Virus record (IMG/VR): IMGVR_UViG_3300002461_000243
Location: 1 to 35,853 of that record
Length of the DNA: 35,853 bases
DNA from: a virus
Strand: one strand, 5' to 3'
A program made the translations under genes and the position numbers. Each line of letters opens with the position of its first letter. Position 1 is the stretch's first letter. Positions 12,976-22,202 of the stretch are shown here, in pieces. The notes under the pieces are model-generated. The model searched no databases. It worked only from the letters and a program-made list of their open reading frames with translations, and was not told the origin of the DNA.

Positions 12976-13220
12976 TGACACACGAACAAGTATTGTATTG
13001 GGTTCAAGGATTTATTGCTGGAAAAACAGATTTAAATTTTGCTGATACTAACCATGTTAGGCACTTCTTAGAAACTCACTTCAGCCCTAACGGCGGCGCA
13101 AAAGAAGAAACTTGCATAGAGCTAAAAGGACAAACTTTTAAGGCCCCACTTGGCATTTATGAGACTGTCTTACACGTAAACGGCCAAACCTTTTACAGCA
13201 AGCCTTGGAAAGCCTACTAA
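12975..13220 (+). CDS. Hypothetical protein (81 aa); last gene of the plus arm
   Basis: TAATG coupling. Its 3' end overlaps the 3' end of the convergent gene 13217..13672 by 4 nt. Confidence 0.65.
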   Translation: MTHEQVLYWVQGFIAGKTDLNFADTNHVRHFLETHFSPNGGAKEETCIELKGQTFKAPLGIYETVLHVNGQTFYSKPWKAY

Positions 13221-13672
13221 TCCCACTGAATCGGAACAACTTTTTTAACCTTTTTTCCGCCCTCTTGGGTCTCCATTAGGGCTTTTTTCGGCAGGCGTTC
13301 GATCATTCCTTTTTGTGATCCGCTTGAAATCCACTCTGCATGGGCCTCGGCTAATTGCTCTGGGGTCGATACGACCGCAACAAATGCCACATGAATAAAT
13401 CTGCGAAGGAAAAGATATTGGGACCAGCGAACCACGTCTTCAGTGGCATCGACTTTGATTTCGACGGCTGTTAAGTTGCCATACCGATCACAGCCCAAAA
13501 TATCACTTTGACCGATTGGAAGCCCTGGGTTTTTTGTGTACCTGCCAGCCTTAGCGCTATAAGAGCCCTTAGAGTCGTAATTGTTGACGATCCAGCCTTG
13601 CGATAAGCACCAAGAAAGAACTTGGGCTTGATTGATTTTTTCGGTTTTTTTATTTTTTGTCGATGCCCGCAT
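13217..13672 (-). CDS. VRR-NUC-like nuclease (151 aa); last gene of the minus arm
   Basis: The pattern QAQVLSWCLSQGW...GLPIGQSDILG...LTAVEIKV....WSQYLFLRRF.HVAFVAVVSTPEQLAEA fits the VRR-NUC layout (PD...E-x-K, then Q and a beta strand). Confidence 0.55.
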   Translation of the reverse strand: MRASTKNKKTEKINQAQVLSWCLSQGWIVNNYDSKGSYSAKAGRYTKNPGLPIGQSDILGCDRYGNLTAVEIKVDATEDVVRWSQYLFLRRFIHVAFVAVVSTPEQLAEAHAEWISSGSQKGMIERLPKKALMETQEGGKKVKKVVPIQWD

Positions 13673-13880
13673 TTTGTAGTGCCTTGTTACTTTTGACCCG
13701 CCACATCAGGTGGCCCATAACGAAGCCAAGGGCAAATGTCATTGCTGGATATTCGTATGAAAGTTCAATAATAATTTGCGAGATAGTGCTTTCGGTGCCG
13801 CCAGCCAAGATTGCGTAAATGTCCCATGCTAGGATTGCAAAAACAGTCACTGCCATAAAAATCATAGTTTTAGTTCTCAT
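13650..13880 (-). CDS. Holin-like two-TM membrane protein (76 aa)
   Basis: Two hydrophobic helices and a charged C-terminus. ATGA coupling to the amidase gene directly upstream. Confidence 0.55.
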   Translation of the reverse strand: MRTKTMIFMAVTVFAILAWDIYAILAGGTESTISQIIIELSYEYPAMTFALGFVMGHLMWRVKSNKALQNAGIDKK

Positions 13881-14596
13881 TTTGCCGCCTTTATTTTTGC
13901 TCGTAGCTGATCCATAGTCATTGAAAGCGCCCCGCCAGGATCATTTTTTCGCCAAGACCCAATTCCCTTTTTGCCTGAAACTTCATGATGTCCCAAGATT
14001 AAATCAGGATTAAATTTTGAATTGTTAGTTTTAAGCCACGTTAAAAGCTCGACAAGCGATTTCTCTTGAGCCTCGGTAAACTTCTTGTAATTACCTGTTG
14101 GACAGCCGTAAGCCGCTTCAGTGACGTATCTGACCTCATTTTCGGGGTAAGTAACTCCGAACCATGATTTTCTGTTTTTATCTAATTCGCCAGCGCAAGC
14201 GACTTCAATCCCGACAAGCTTTGTTGACACGCTTGAGCCAAGGCTAGGCCATTTTGAAACACCAGCGTGAGATCCCCATTCATTTAAGGGAAAACCCTGA
14301 TACACAATCCCAGTCGGGCCAATAACAAAAAAGGTATAACCCTCATCGCAGCCCCAAGAATAGGTGCCTAAAGCGTCTTGCTCTGTTTTATCTCGGCCAG
14401 CAGTAAAATGCACCACAGCCCCTTGTGGATACCCGCCAGAATAAAGACCACGAGTAGGCATCTTGCGAGCGGGCTTTACAGCTTTTGGATACCACAAAAG
14501 ACCTTTTGCTCCTGCAACAGATGTTCCCACGGAAATTGGCTTTTGCTCCACAGGCTTTCTCCTAAATAAGTTTTTAAACCATTGAACTATCGACAT
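13877..14596 (-). CDS. N-acetylmuramoyl-L-alanine amidase (Amidase_2/PGRP type) endolysin (239 aa)
   Basis: Motifs VVHFTAGR, WGSHAG, GIEVACAG and LGHHEVS...KNDPG match the T7-lysozyme/PGRP amidase pattern. Confidence 0.8.
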   Translation of the reverse strand: MSIVQWFKNLFRRKPVEQKPISVGTSVAGAKGLLWYPKAVKPARKMPTRGLYSGGYPQGAVVHFTAGRDKTEQDALGTYSWGCDEGYTFFVIGPTGIVYQGFPLNEWGSHAGVSKWPSLGSSVSTKLVGIEVACAGELDKNRKSWFGVTYPENEVRYVTEAAYGCPTGNYKKFTEAQEKSLVELLTWLKTNNSKFNPDLILGHHEVSGKKGIGSWRKNDPGGALSMTMDQLRAKIKAAK

Positions 14597-14868
14597 CTCT
14601 TTTCAGCCATTTCTTTTAATGTCTGGACATAAGCTTGGTATTTTTCAAAAGTTTTAAGAGGCATTACATGGGCTTTTTGAATTTCTGGGTCATCGACAGC
14701 ATAAAATTGGCGAGATTCTGGGTACTTTAAGCCATTACAGTAAAAGCCCGTATCTTTGCCAGATTCGTCGTAAAAGTAAGTGCAGGCCCATCCAGCCGGT
14801 TTGTCTGGAAGTCCTTCCATACAGCCGGTTAAAAGCAAACTAAGGCATATTGCGAGTTTTGTCTTCAT
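14587..14868 (-). CDS. Lipoprotein (93 aa), putative o-spanin
   Basis: The internal ATG at 14868 gives MKTKLAICLSLLLTGC, which carries a lipobox (LTGC). The start lies within the last 29 nt of the upstream gene, an overlapped architecture. The gene is adjacent to the endolysin. Confidence 0.55.
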   Translation of the reverse strand: MKTKLAICLSLLLTGCMEGLPDKPAGWACTYFYDESGKDTGFYCNGLKYPESRQFYAVDDPEIQKAHVMPLKTFEKYQAYVQTLKEMAEKRCR

Positions 14869-15046
14869 TGGCCTTCCAAACGTCTTCAGCGGTTTTAGCT
14901 TCTTCGATTTTATCAATAGCAGCGGTTTGCTCTTCTTTAGCCTTGGCATGACGCTTGTTTTGGTAGTCCTCCCAAAGCTGTTTGAGCTGCGCAAGCAGGC
15001 CAAACAAAGTTGGAAGGAGCTTTATCAGCTCCCACAACTTTGTCAT
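14840..15046 (-). CDS. Small protein (68 aa), possible i-spanin
   Basis: It has an N-terminal hydrophobic stretch (LLPTLFGLLAQL) followed by a charged helical region, and it overlaps the lipoprotein gene start. The TM segment is weak and the protein is short for an i-spanin. Confidence 0.4.
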   Translation of the reverse strand: MTKLWELIKLLPTLFGLLAQLKQLWEDYQNKRHAKAKEEQTAAIDKIEEAKTAEDVWKANEDKTRNMP

Positions 15047-15049
15047 AAA

Positions 15050-15325
15050 TTAAGCCTTTGCTTCTTTAATTGATGCAACTAGGTCATAAACCTTTTCAAC
15101 AACAAGCTTTGCTTCTTCAAGAGTAAGTCCTTTGATTTCCTCTTCGATAAGCTCAAGACCTTTTACTGCTTCAGCAATTTTACCAACCTGAGCGCCAAGC
15201 TCAACTAAGTGAGTTAAATCGTCTGCGCCTACTTTGCCGTCTTTAGCGATTTTAACGCCTGCAACTGCAACAATTTTTACCGCGTCCAAAACTTCTGATA
15301 ATTCCTTGATTCCTTCTACTGACAT
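15050..15325 (-). CDS. Hypothetical protein (91 aa), helical and acidic
   Basis: ORF with an AAGGAGGG RBS upstream. Confidence 0.7.
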   Translation of the reverse strand: MSVEGIKELSEVLDAVKIVAVAGVKIAKDGKVGADDLTHLVELGAQVGKIAEAVKGLELIEEEIKGLTLEEAKLVVEKVYDLVASIKEAKA

Positions 15326-15326
15326 T

Positions 15327-16799
15327 TTATTGCCCTCCTTGGGTTTTTTCGTATTTGTATCTGTCCATTGGTGACATTATGGATTGTTGCATACCAAGTG
15401 GGGCAGCAAAAGGGATATTTTGTGCCTTTGGCGCAAGAGGCCCAAGGGCCTTGTTAACTGCGTTTGTAACAATGTTTCCGCCACCCGCAACTGCAGATAA
15501 AGTTGAATCCACAGCTGGCTGAATTGTATCGGTCAGCATTGTAAAAACGCCGGTTCCGCGCTGAGTAGATAAATCTCCAGCAAGGCGGCTATCTAAAACG
15601 TCCTCAACATATTTTGCTAACTGATATTCTTTGTTAAATTGCTTTAATTGAGCGCCAAGCTGCGGAGCTTCTTTTGCAAGCCCCTCAATTGCGCTTTCAA
15701 TTTCCGAAGAAATAATTCTCTCGGTATTTGCCCAAGCTTTTTCGGAATCAGCAATACCGGAGCCCTGTTTTGCGGCGTTTTTTGAGTATTTTGCAAGCTT
15801 TGCAACGGCCATTTTTATGTCGTGAAGGTCAGTAATATCAGGAACGCCAGTGCCGAACGTATCTTGCATTTCGTCAAAATATTCAGCAATTGCGCTTTTT
15901 ATTTTTCCCTTGTCTTTTGAAGACTTCATTTCAATGTCAACGGCAGCCAATGCTTTATTTTTAATATCTAATAATCGATCTCTGCCAATTGTGTAGCTGG
16001 TTTCAGCCATGCTATGCATTTTATCTTGAGCAATCTTTGAGGCATTTTCATAAACCTCGGAAAGCTTCATACCAACATTTCGACGAACGTCCGGCGCAAC
16101 GGCCTGCATTGTTTCGACTGTCGATCCAGCTTTTAAAATTCCCTGAGATTTTGCAAAATTTACAACATTTTCTCGAGTGATGTTTTTTGCACCTTTTTCG
16201 CCTTTTAAAGCTTCCATTACGGCTTTTTTTGTAGGCCCCAAGGCAGAAAAACCACGCTCAACTTCATCTGGAATTGGAAGGGAAAGCATGGGAGAAACTG
16301 CGCCAATTGCCGCGCCATAACCTGCCATTTTACCACGCTCTTTTAGTTCAAGCTCTGGCGTAGTAAGCTGACCTTCCGCTTCTGGTGTGTCTTGAATTGC
16401 ACCTGCGGCAGCGCCTAAACCAGCGGCCCTACCAATTTTATTAAAAACTGTAGCTCCCTTAGCTGCGCCAGCAAATGGAATTGCCATAGTTGATAAGGCT
16501 CCCGCAGCAGTCCCGGCATAGCCAGACTTTGGATTTACATCTTTTGATAATTCCAAAACCTGATTTAATCGGTCTCTTTCAGAAATGTATTCTGGACTTG
16601 TGACCGAGCCAGTTTTTATACCTGCAATAATATTAGGCCCATAGCCCATTGATGCCGTATTTCCAAACTCAGCAGCAAAAGTTCCAAGTTCGCTAAGAGG
16701 CTCCACCGCTCCGCCAAGTTCATCGGCAGTGGGCGGAGCAAATAAATCATCTTTTAGTTCTTCTTCGGTAGGCGGTGCAAAAATGTCAACTTCAGCCAT
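15327..16799 (-). CDS. Putative internal virion / ejection protein (490 aa), Ala/Gly-rich
   Basis: The call rests on composition and on position after the tail genes in a podovirus-like late operon. TAATG coupling to the upstream gene. Confidence 0.45.
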   Translation of the reverse strand: MAEVDIFAPPTEEELKDDLFAPPTADELGGAVEPLSELGTFAAEFGNTASMGYGPNIIAGIKTGSVTSPEYISERDRLNQVLELSKDVNPKSGYAGTAAGALSTMAIPFAGAAKGATVFNKIGRAAGLGAAAGAIQDTPEAEGQLTTPELELKERGKMAGYGAAIGAVSPMLSLPIPDEVERGFSALGPTKKAVMEALKGEKGAKNITRENVVNFAKSQGILKAGSTVETMQAVAPDVRRNVGMKLSEVYENASKIAQDKMHSMAETSYTIGRDRLLDIKNKALAAVDIEMKSSKDKGKIKSAIAEYFDEMQDTFGTGVPDITDLHDIKMAVAKLAKYSKNAAKQGSGIADSEKAWANTERIISSEIESAIEGLAKEAPQLGAQLKQFNKEYQLAKYVEDVLDSRLAGDLSTQRGTGVFTMLTDTIQPAVDSTLSAVAGGGNIVTNAVNKALGPLAPKAQNIPFAAPLGMQQSIMSPMDRYKYEKTQGGQ

Positions 16800-18280
16800 T
16801 ATTTACCAGCCTTTCGCTTTTCAATGATTTGATTGGCCTTTTCATAAGAAAGGTTAAATTTCTTAGCATACTCTGCCACTTTTGGATCTTGACCAGTAGT
16901 TTGCGGTTTTGTAGGCGTAGGGTTTGGAGCCGGCACTAAAGCCCTGCCAGGTCCAGAAGCAACGCCAAACATATCTACAGCTCTAGCTCTTGCGTTTTCT
17001 TTTCTTTTTGCAACGGTTGCGTTGTCGCCTTTTCTTGTAAAATATTGACCTTCAAAATTACGCCACTCGTGCGATGCAATCGCCGCACCAGATGCAGCTC
17101 GGCCAATTGCTTCCAAGAATAAAAGCTCGGCAGCAACTTGTTCTTTTACAAGCTCGGGAATTTCTGGCCCCGCAATGGTTGCAGCAATGTCAGTATATTC
17201 GCCTTGCGCCAATTGTTTGAAAAATGGAAAAAACCTGTCAGTTTCAGATGGAAGTGCGCCGACTGCTTTTTTAATTTCTTGCAGCTCTGCATTTGCTTGT
17301 CCAGCCATAGCGTAGTTAAAAGCATTTTTTGCTTGGCTCTCCGAAAGAGGTCTATCTTGCTGTCTTTTTGCAGCAGCAGCGGCCATCATTGCAGCTCGCT
17401 TATTTGCCATTTCTTGCTTGAATCTTTCTATTTCAGAATCGGCCCCAAGTTTTTCACCAAACTGCTGATCTTTGCTAGTCGCAAGACCAAAATCTTTAAT
17501 AAAGCCCAAGGTCAGGGAATCAAGTTTTGAAGCATTGTCTTCAATATACTTTTGCATTTCTTGGTCGTCTTTAAACAGATTTCTAAACGCATCAAACTCA
17601 AACTTTGCCTTATCTCGCATTTGTCCAGCAACTTTATCGCTCGCATTTGCAGAGGCATTTAAAAGCTGAGATAGGCCAACAAGTCTTTTTGATACTTCTT
17701 CTTTTCTTCCTAAAGCGCCTTTTATTTCAGACTCTCTAAATTTTTGGTAAGAATCGGCAGACTGTTCTCCGCCCTTTCCTCCGGCCATGTATCCAGCTTG
17801 ACCGCCAACCGCAAGACCAGCCAAAGCGGGGCCCAAAGAGGCAATTGCCTGAGCTAAAAGGTTATTTTGAGGAACTTTTATAGAGTCTGATTCCTTTTTT
17901 AAAGCATCATACTCACCCTGGTAATCAAACTGAGGACCAGCCGGAGAGCTACGGGCGTATCGATTGATTGAATCTAAAGCCATTTCACGAGCGTCATTTT
18001 TTCTTGTCTCAAGAGCTTCAGATCTTGCAATTTCTTCGGCCTGGCGATCCCTACTAATGCTATACCCCTGATTACCAGTGTTAGCTAAAAATTCTGTGGT
18101 CGCCCTTGGAGCCATTTCCTCAGTAACTTGGATTGGCCCAGGAATTAAAGCCTGCCCTTTTGTTTCGCTAACGGGCTGAACAGAAATTTGCGGCGCAGAC
18201 ACCCTTTGCTCTAAAGCCTCAAGTTTTGGGTCAACTGACAGCATTCCGTTTAAATTTAAAAATCTTTCTAATTCTGTCAT
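16799..18280 (-). CDS. Putative internal virion / ejection protein (493 aa)
   Basis: Long ORF that is Ala/Gln/Lys-rich. The call rests on position only. Confidence 0.45.
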   Translation of the reverse strand: MTELERFLNLNGMLSVDPKLEALEQRVSAPQISVQPVSETKGQALIPGPIQVTEEMAPRATTEFLANTGNQGYSISRDRQAEEIARSEALETRKNDAREMALDSINRYARSSPAGPQFDYQGEYDALKKESDSIKVPQNNLLAQAIASLGPALAGLAVGGQAGYMAGGKGGEQSADSYQKFRESEIKGALGRKEEVSKRLVGLSQLLNASANASDKVAGQMRDKAKFEFDAFRNLFKDDQEMQKYIEDNASKLDSLTLGFIKDFGLATSKDQQFGEKLGADSEIERFKQEMANKRAAMMAAAAAKRQQDRPLSESQAKNAFNYAMAGQANAELQEIKKAVGALPSETDRFFPFFKQLAQGEYTDIAATIAGPEIPELVKEQVAAELLFLEAIGRAASGAAIASHEWRNFEGQYFTRKGDNATVAKRKENARARAVDMFGVASGPGRALVPAPNPTPTKPQTTGQDPKVAEYAKKFNLSYEKANQIIEKRKAGK

Positions 18281-18289
18281 TGTACCCTC

Positions 18290-18937
18290 TTATAATCCTA
18301 AAAAGTCGCCAAATTGCTGAAATAAACCCTTTGGACCTTTGTCTTTTGCAGCAGCGACCTGAGCATCTGCTGCCCGCTGACCAGCTCCGATTTGAGCCAT
18401 TCCCGCGCCAGTTCCAAGGACTCCAAACTTTTGATTAAATAAGAACTTTTCTAAGTCGCCAGTGCCAGTTCTGATATTCTGGGCCTGATCGAGCATCATT
18501 TTTCTTTCTGCATCCGCAGTTTGCCCCATAGCTTTTTGGCGAGCTGCTTGCTGCATTGCCGCCCCCCGGGCTCCGCCTGCACCGCTACGAGCTGCCGCAG
18601 ACCTAAGTCCTGCTAGTGCTTGATTCTGCTGTCCTGCGATTTCATTTCTGGCAAGGCCACGAAGTGCGCCTAAAGTCTGGCCGTCATATCCTTGAGCAAG
18701 GTCTCTGCGCTTTGCGAGAAGTTCTTGCATTTGAGGATCGTCAACAAGTTCACGCTGAGCAAATTGTTTACCGCCGATAAAGTCTTGAGCTAAATTTAAA
18801 TCAGAAAACGGAACATTTCCGCCGTACTGCTGTTCAAGCTGCGCTCTCTTTTGAGCTTCCGCTGAAGCATTTCGCCTTTGCTGAGAAGCCAATGCGCCTC
18901 TTGCGTCATCAATCATTGATCCTGATCCAAAAATCAT
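18290..18937 (-). CDS. Putative internal virion protein (215 aa), Ala/Gly/Gln-rich
   Basis: I prefer the ATG at 18937 (GAGG 7 nt upstream, 8 nt after the upstream stop) to the track start at 18979. Confidence 0.45.
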   Translation of the reverse strand: MIFGSGSMIDDARGALASQQRRNASAEAQKRAQLEQQYGGNVPFSDLNLAQDFIGGKQFAQRELVDDPQMQELLAKRRDLAQGYDGQTLGALRGLARNEIAGQQNQALAGLRSAAARSGAGGARGAAMQQAARQKAMGQTADAERKMMLDQAQNIRTGTGDLEKFLFNQKFGVLGTGAGMAQIGAGQRAADAQVAAAKDKGPKGLFQQFGDFLGL

Positions 18938-18945
18938 AAAAACCT

Positions 18946-19527
18946 CTATTCGATTCTGGTAAGTTTTAAGCTTAAACATCCGCCGCTCAAGCTGCTAGTC
19001 GCAATATCTGAGCTGTATTTAAAATAAATCACTGTTCCTGGGTTTACATCTAAAATAACATTTCCTCGTCTATTTGAACGAATAGCGCCAGATCCATCGG
19101 TTACAAAATTCAACCCATAAAAAAAGGCCGGATCGCTTGAAGACAAGTTAATCGACATTGCTCGGTTTACAGTCCCAAACAAAGCAAAAAAGCGAGTTTC
19201 AATTAAAAGTTTTCCAGTAAATCCAGGCCTAAACTCGCCTGGCCCAATTTCTCCAAACTTTAAAACTGATATTGAGTTAATGTCAGTAAAATCCAAAGGT
19301 TGATCTGTCGCAACCGCAGTTCTAACGTTGGCAAAAGTAGTTTTCTGAGTCCAATACCACAAGACATCGTTCACATTTGCCGTTGGCTGGCTTGCCTCTT
19401 GAGTATCGTTTATGCGAAGCGCTTCTTCAATAGCAATAAGGTTTTGCCGGTGCTCCCCTTGTAGGTACTCACCAACATTTCCGCCCTTGTACTGCCTTAG
19501 TTTTGCTAACCGCCTAAGCTTATTCAT
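18946..19527 (-). CDS. Virion-associated hypothetical protein (193 aa)
   Basis: ORF coupled to the 886-aa gene, inside the structural block. Confidence 0.6.
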   Translation of the reverse strand: MNKLRRLAKLRQYKGGNVGEYLQGEHRQNLIAIEEALRINDTQEASQPTANVNDVLWYWTQKTTFANVRTAVATDQPLDFTDINSISVLKFGEIGPGEFRPGFTGKLLIETRFFALFGTVNRAMSINLSSSDPAFFYGLNFVTDGSGAIRSNRRGNVILDVNPGTVIYFKYSSDIATSSLSGGCLSLKLTRIE

Positions 19528-22187
19528 TAGTCTTTTGGCTCCCCAAGGTCATAATCTGCCGAGTATTCGAGCTCCCAGCCCTGAATCTTAACTCTTTCTG
19601 CCGCCGTATCGTGCGCAAAGCCCACTGATAAAGACGATAGTTTTTCCATATTGGTCTTGATTTCTTTTTTAATAAACTTTTTATTTGCTTCGGCTAAAAA
19701 ATTAACCGAAATCTCGCCGAGCTGGGTCTGAAGGTAATTTCCAAACTGCCGTACTTTTAATGTGAAATCGCCTTGAATCGAATTGACCCACACTCGGTGA
19801 AACTTTTTATCAATCGTAGGGGACTTAAAATTAAGCCAAGCGCTATACGCCCGCATTGGAATTGCAGATTTGTAGTCTGAACAGTCCCAATTCGTTAGCG
19901 TGTCCTTGGCTTTCCAGAACCTTGTGCCGTCACTTAAGTAAAATCCATCATCTGCCGAAGCGAGAACAGACTTATAGCCAGGGCTCCATTGATACCAGAT
20001 GTTCCGAGCATCGCTGTAGTCAAAGGCAAAAGCCGCATTTGAAAGGTAGCAGATATAAACATCACGGCGGGCCCAATTCGCTGCAACCGCAAAGGTCTTT
20101 ATAATGTCTCCGTTTTGAAATTGATCTGCAATTGGCTTTCCAATGTGAACCGGAAGCCTTCCCGCTACGCAGGCCCAGAATCCTTTATCAGAATCACACC
20201 AAATGAGTGACCCCTCAACGTCTTGAATTGATCTATGATCTAGGCAGCCAGCATCCGTTTCGAGTATTTCGAGTACGAGATCGTTTTCGCCTAAAGAGCC
20301 CCGCAAAATAGCAGTTGAGCGCTGTTTAAATGCAAAAAGCACGTCTTTATTTTGTTTAATACCTTTGATTTGATCAGAAAAAGTCGTATCAATTCGGTTT
20401 TCGAATCGTCCGTCACGAGGAAAGCCTTCTAAATTGTTTTGATCTGCCCAGTAAATTGACTGCGCATCGCAAAGACCGGCCTCGGTATAAATTCTTGATA
20501 AGAAAACAGCGTCCCCGTTAATTCCTGAATCAGTAATTGGAAAGTCTGCCCATGAGGGGACAATATCGTCCTTTAAGGTTGTATCTGCGGGCCGTCCGGC
20601 TTGAATGATCGTGTCTTGCCAGTCAGTTAGGTACCGGCAGGCTCTTGGAAGCTCTGCCCCAGTGGGATTATCCACAAAGTTTTCGATCAAAAGGGTATCT
20701 TGCTGATCGTCTACAAAAGTATAAACCGGGTCCCAAGGATTTGTGAGCGCAGCGCCAAGATCTGACTGGTAAGGAACCGGAAGGTCAATAACCCTATAAA
20801 GCACGTCAGGAGCGTTGATTTTTGATCGATAAACCCGAACAAATGCGCCAAATGGCTCTTGCGCAGAGTCTTTTGAAAGGCCGCTTCCGCCAGAAATGTA
20901 ATCAATTAAATATTTATTTTCAAAAAGAGGCTCAACAAAAGCCGCCCCCACTAAAGTATTATCAATCCATGTTCCAGTAATTGACGGTGTGGCCACAGTA
21001 GGAATTGCAGTTTCTAGCGTAATACTTGTTGCGGTCACTGAGCTTACTTTTGCAGCATAATAACCGTAAAACGTAGAAGTTGTTCTTTGATTTCCAGGAG
21101 CCCCTAAATTTAAACCATAAACCGGCTGCATAAGGCACATGCCAGCAATAACATTGTGCCCAGAATCAACTGTGATAGTCTGTGGACCTGAAACCGCCGC
21201 TTGATTTCCATTAATAATGCAGCTTGCGGCTCCAAAGTCTTTGCCGTAGAGCCAGTCTTTTACGCCCAAAAGTGCAGCGTTATTTGCTCCGCCGGTTGTC
21301 GTATGCCGAACTGTGTTTGTGCCGTTTTGCTGAGAGGCATCGACTGCCCCCCAATAAGTAGCCCCAACCGCGTCCCGAAAGCCAAACTGAAACGAATAAT
21401 AATAAACGCCGTTAGGAAGCGCTGTATTTGTTGTGGTCCCATTAACTACGGAGTTTCCAGAAAGGGTAATGTCTTGAAGCGTATTGGCCTCAAGGCTTTT
21501 AGGAACCCCAGCCCTGTAAACCATTTTTCCGTCATACTTTAGCGGAAAGCCGCCAACTGTTAAGTAAATGACGTTGTTTAGGTTAACAAACCCCACACCC
21601 TCAAGCGCAAGAGTCGAATCTAAAACCTCAGGAAAAGGAACCGAAGTACCAGCATCAGGAAAAGGCACAATCTCCCAGCTAGTAGCGTAATGAGAACCAG
21701 TCTCATTTACAAAAGTGCCCAGAAGGTAAGCTGGAGTCGTATTTAAACCCAAAACAGTATGCGCTATCCCTGCTGTGGTTAAATCTGTGGATAACTGCAA
21801 AAGCGTCTTTGTTTCACCAAAAGTAATCGTCGTTGCCCCGACAACAAGACTAAAAGTCACGCCGTCAAAGTAAAGCGAGTGGCTTAAGCTAATTGTTAGG
21901 CCATTTTCCTCAAGTCTTCGGTACAGATTTCCGTCACTTCGGACCTGTAAAATTTGAGTCGAAAGCTCGCCTGAATCTGGGTCTGTGAACTTGTATTCAA
22001 CCTCACCAAGAGAAACATATCCACCCGCATCGATATGCCCAAAGCCGTATCTTTGAGTCAGATCAGCATTGTGATCGACGATGATGTTTTGTGTGCCCTC
22101 ACGAAGCGATAGCGGGTCCATAGCAAGGCGATTGGTGCGAGTATCCACGCCCTTTGTAGTATACGCCTGGAAAAGTCGATGTGCCAT
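19527..22187 (-). CDS. Large tail protein (886 aa), nozzle / tail-tubular-B-like by size and position
   Basis: It is the largest ORF in the genome and follows a gene of about 300 aa, as in podovirus adaptor/nozzle pairs. I recognised no sequence motif. Confidence 0.4.
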   Translation of the reverse strand: MAHRLFQAYTTKGVDTRTNRLAMDPLSLREGTQNIIVDHNADLTQRYGFGHIDAGGYVSLGEVEYKFTDPDSGELSTQILQVRSDGNLYRRLEENGLTISLSHSLYFDGVTFSLVVGATTITFGETKTLLQLSTDLTTAGIAHTVLGLNTTPAYLLGTFVNETGSHYATSWEIVPFPDAGTSVPFPEVLDSTLALEGVGFVNLNNVIYLTVGGFPLKYDGKMVYRAGVPKSLEANTLQDITLSGNSVVNGTTTNTALPNGVYYYSFQFGFRDAVGATYWGAVDASQQNGTNTVRHTTTGGANNAALLGVKDWLYGKDFGAASCIINGNQAAVSGPQTITVDSGHNVIAGMCLMQPVYGLNLGAPGNQRTTSTFYGYYAAKVSSVTATSITLETAIPTVATPSITGTWIDNTLVGAAFVEPLFENKYLIDYISGGSGLSKDSAQEPFGAFVRVYRSKINAPDVLYRVIDLPVPYQSDLGAALTNPWDPVYTFVDDQQDTLLIENFVDNPTGAELPRACRYLTDWQDTIIQAGRPADTTLKDDIVPSWADFPITDSGINGDAVFLSRIYTEAGLCDAQSIYWADQNNLEGFPRDGRFENRIDTTFSDQIKGIKQNKDVLFAFKQRSTAILRGSLGENDLVLEILETDAGCLDHRSIQDVEGSLIWCDSDKGFWACVAGRLPVHIGKPIADQFQNGDIIKTFAVAANWARRDVYICYLSNAAFAFDYSDARNIWYQWSPGYKSVLASADDGFYLSDGTRFWKAKDTLTNWDCSDYKSAIPMRAYSAWLNFKSPTIDKKFHRVWVNSIQGDFTLKVRQFGNYLQTQLGEISVNFLAEANKKFIKKEIKTNMEKLSSLSVGFAHDTAAERVKIQGWELEYSADYDLGEPKD

Positions 22188-22202
22188 TTATGCCCCTATG
22201 TG

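Noticed and set aside
820-18979. Longer N-terminal extensions proposed by the ORF track: starts at 820, 4639, 5203, 8341, 10966, 12270, 15003 (minus), 18979 (minus), 23313 (minus) and 35102 (minus)
   Set aside because: In each case an internal start has a better RBS or forms an ATGA, TAATG or GTGA overlap with the upstream stop, and the extension overlaps the preceding gene or a regulatory region. The choices are still predictions.
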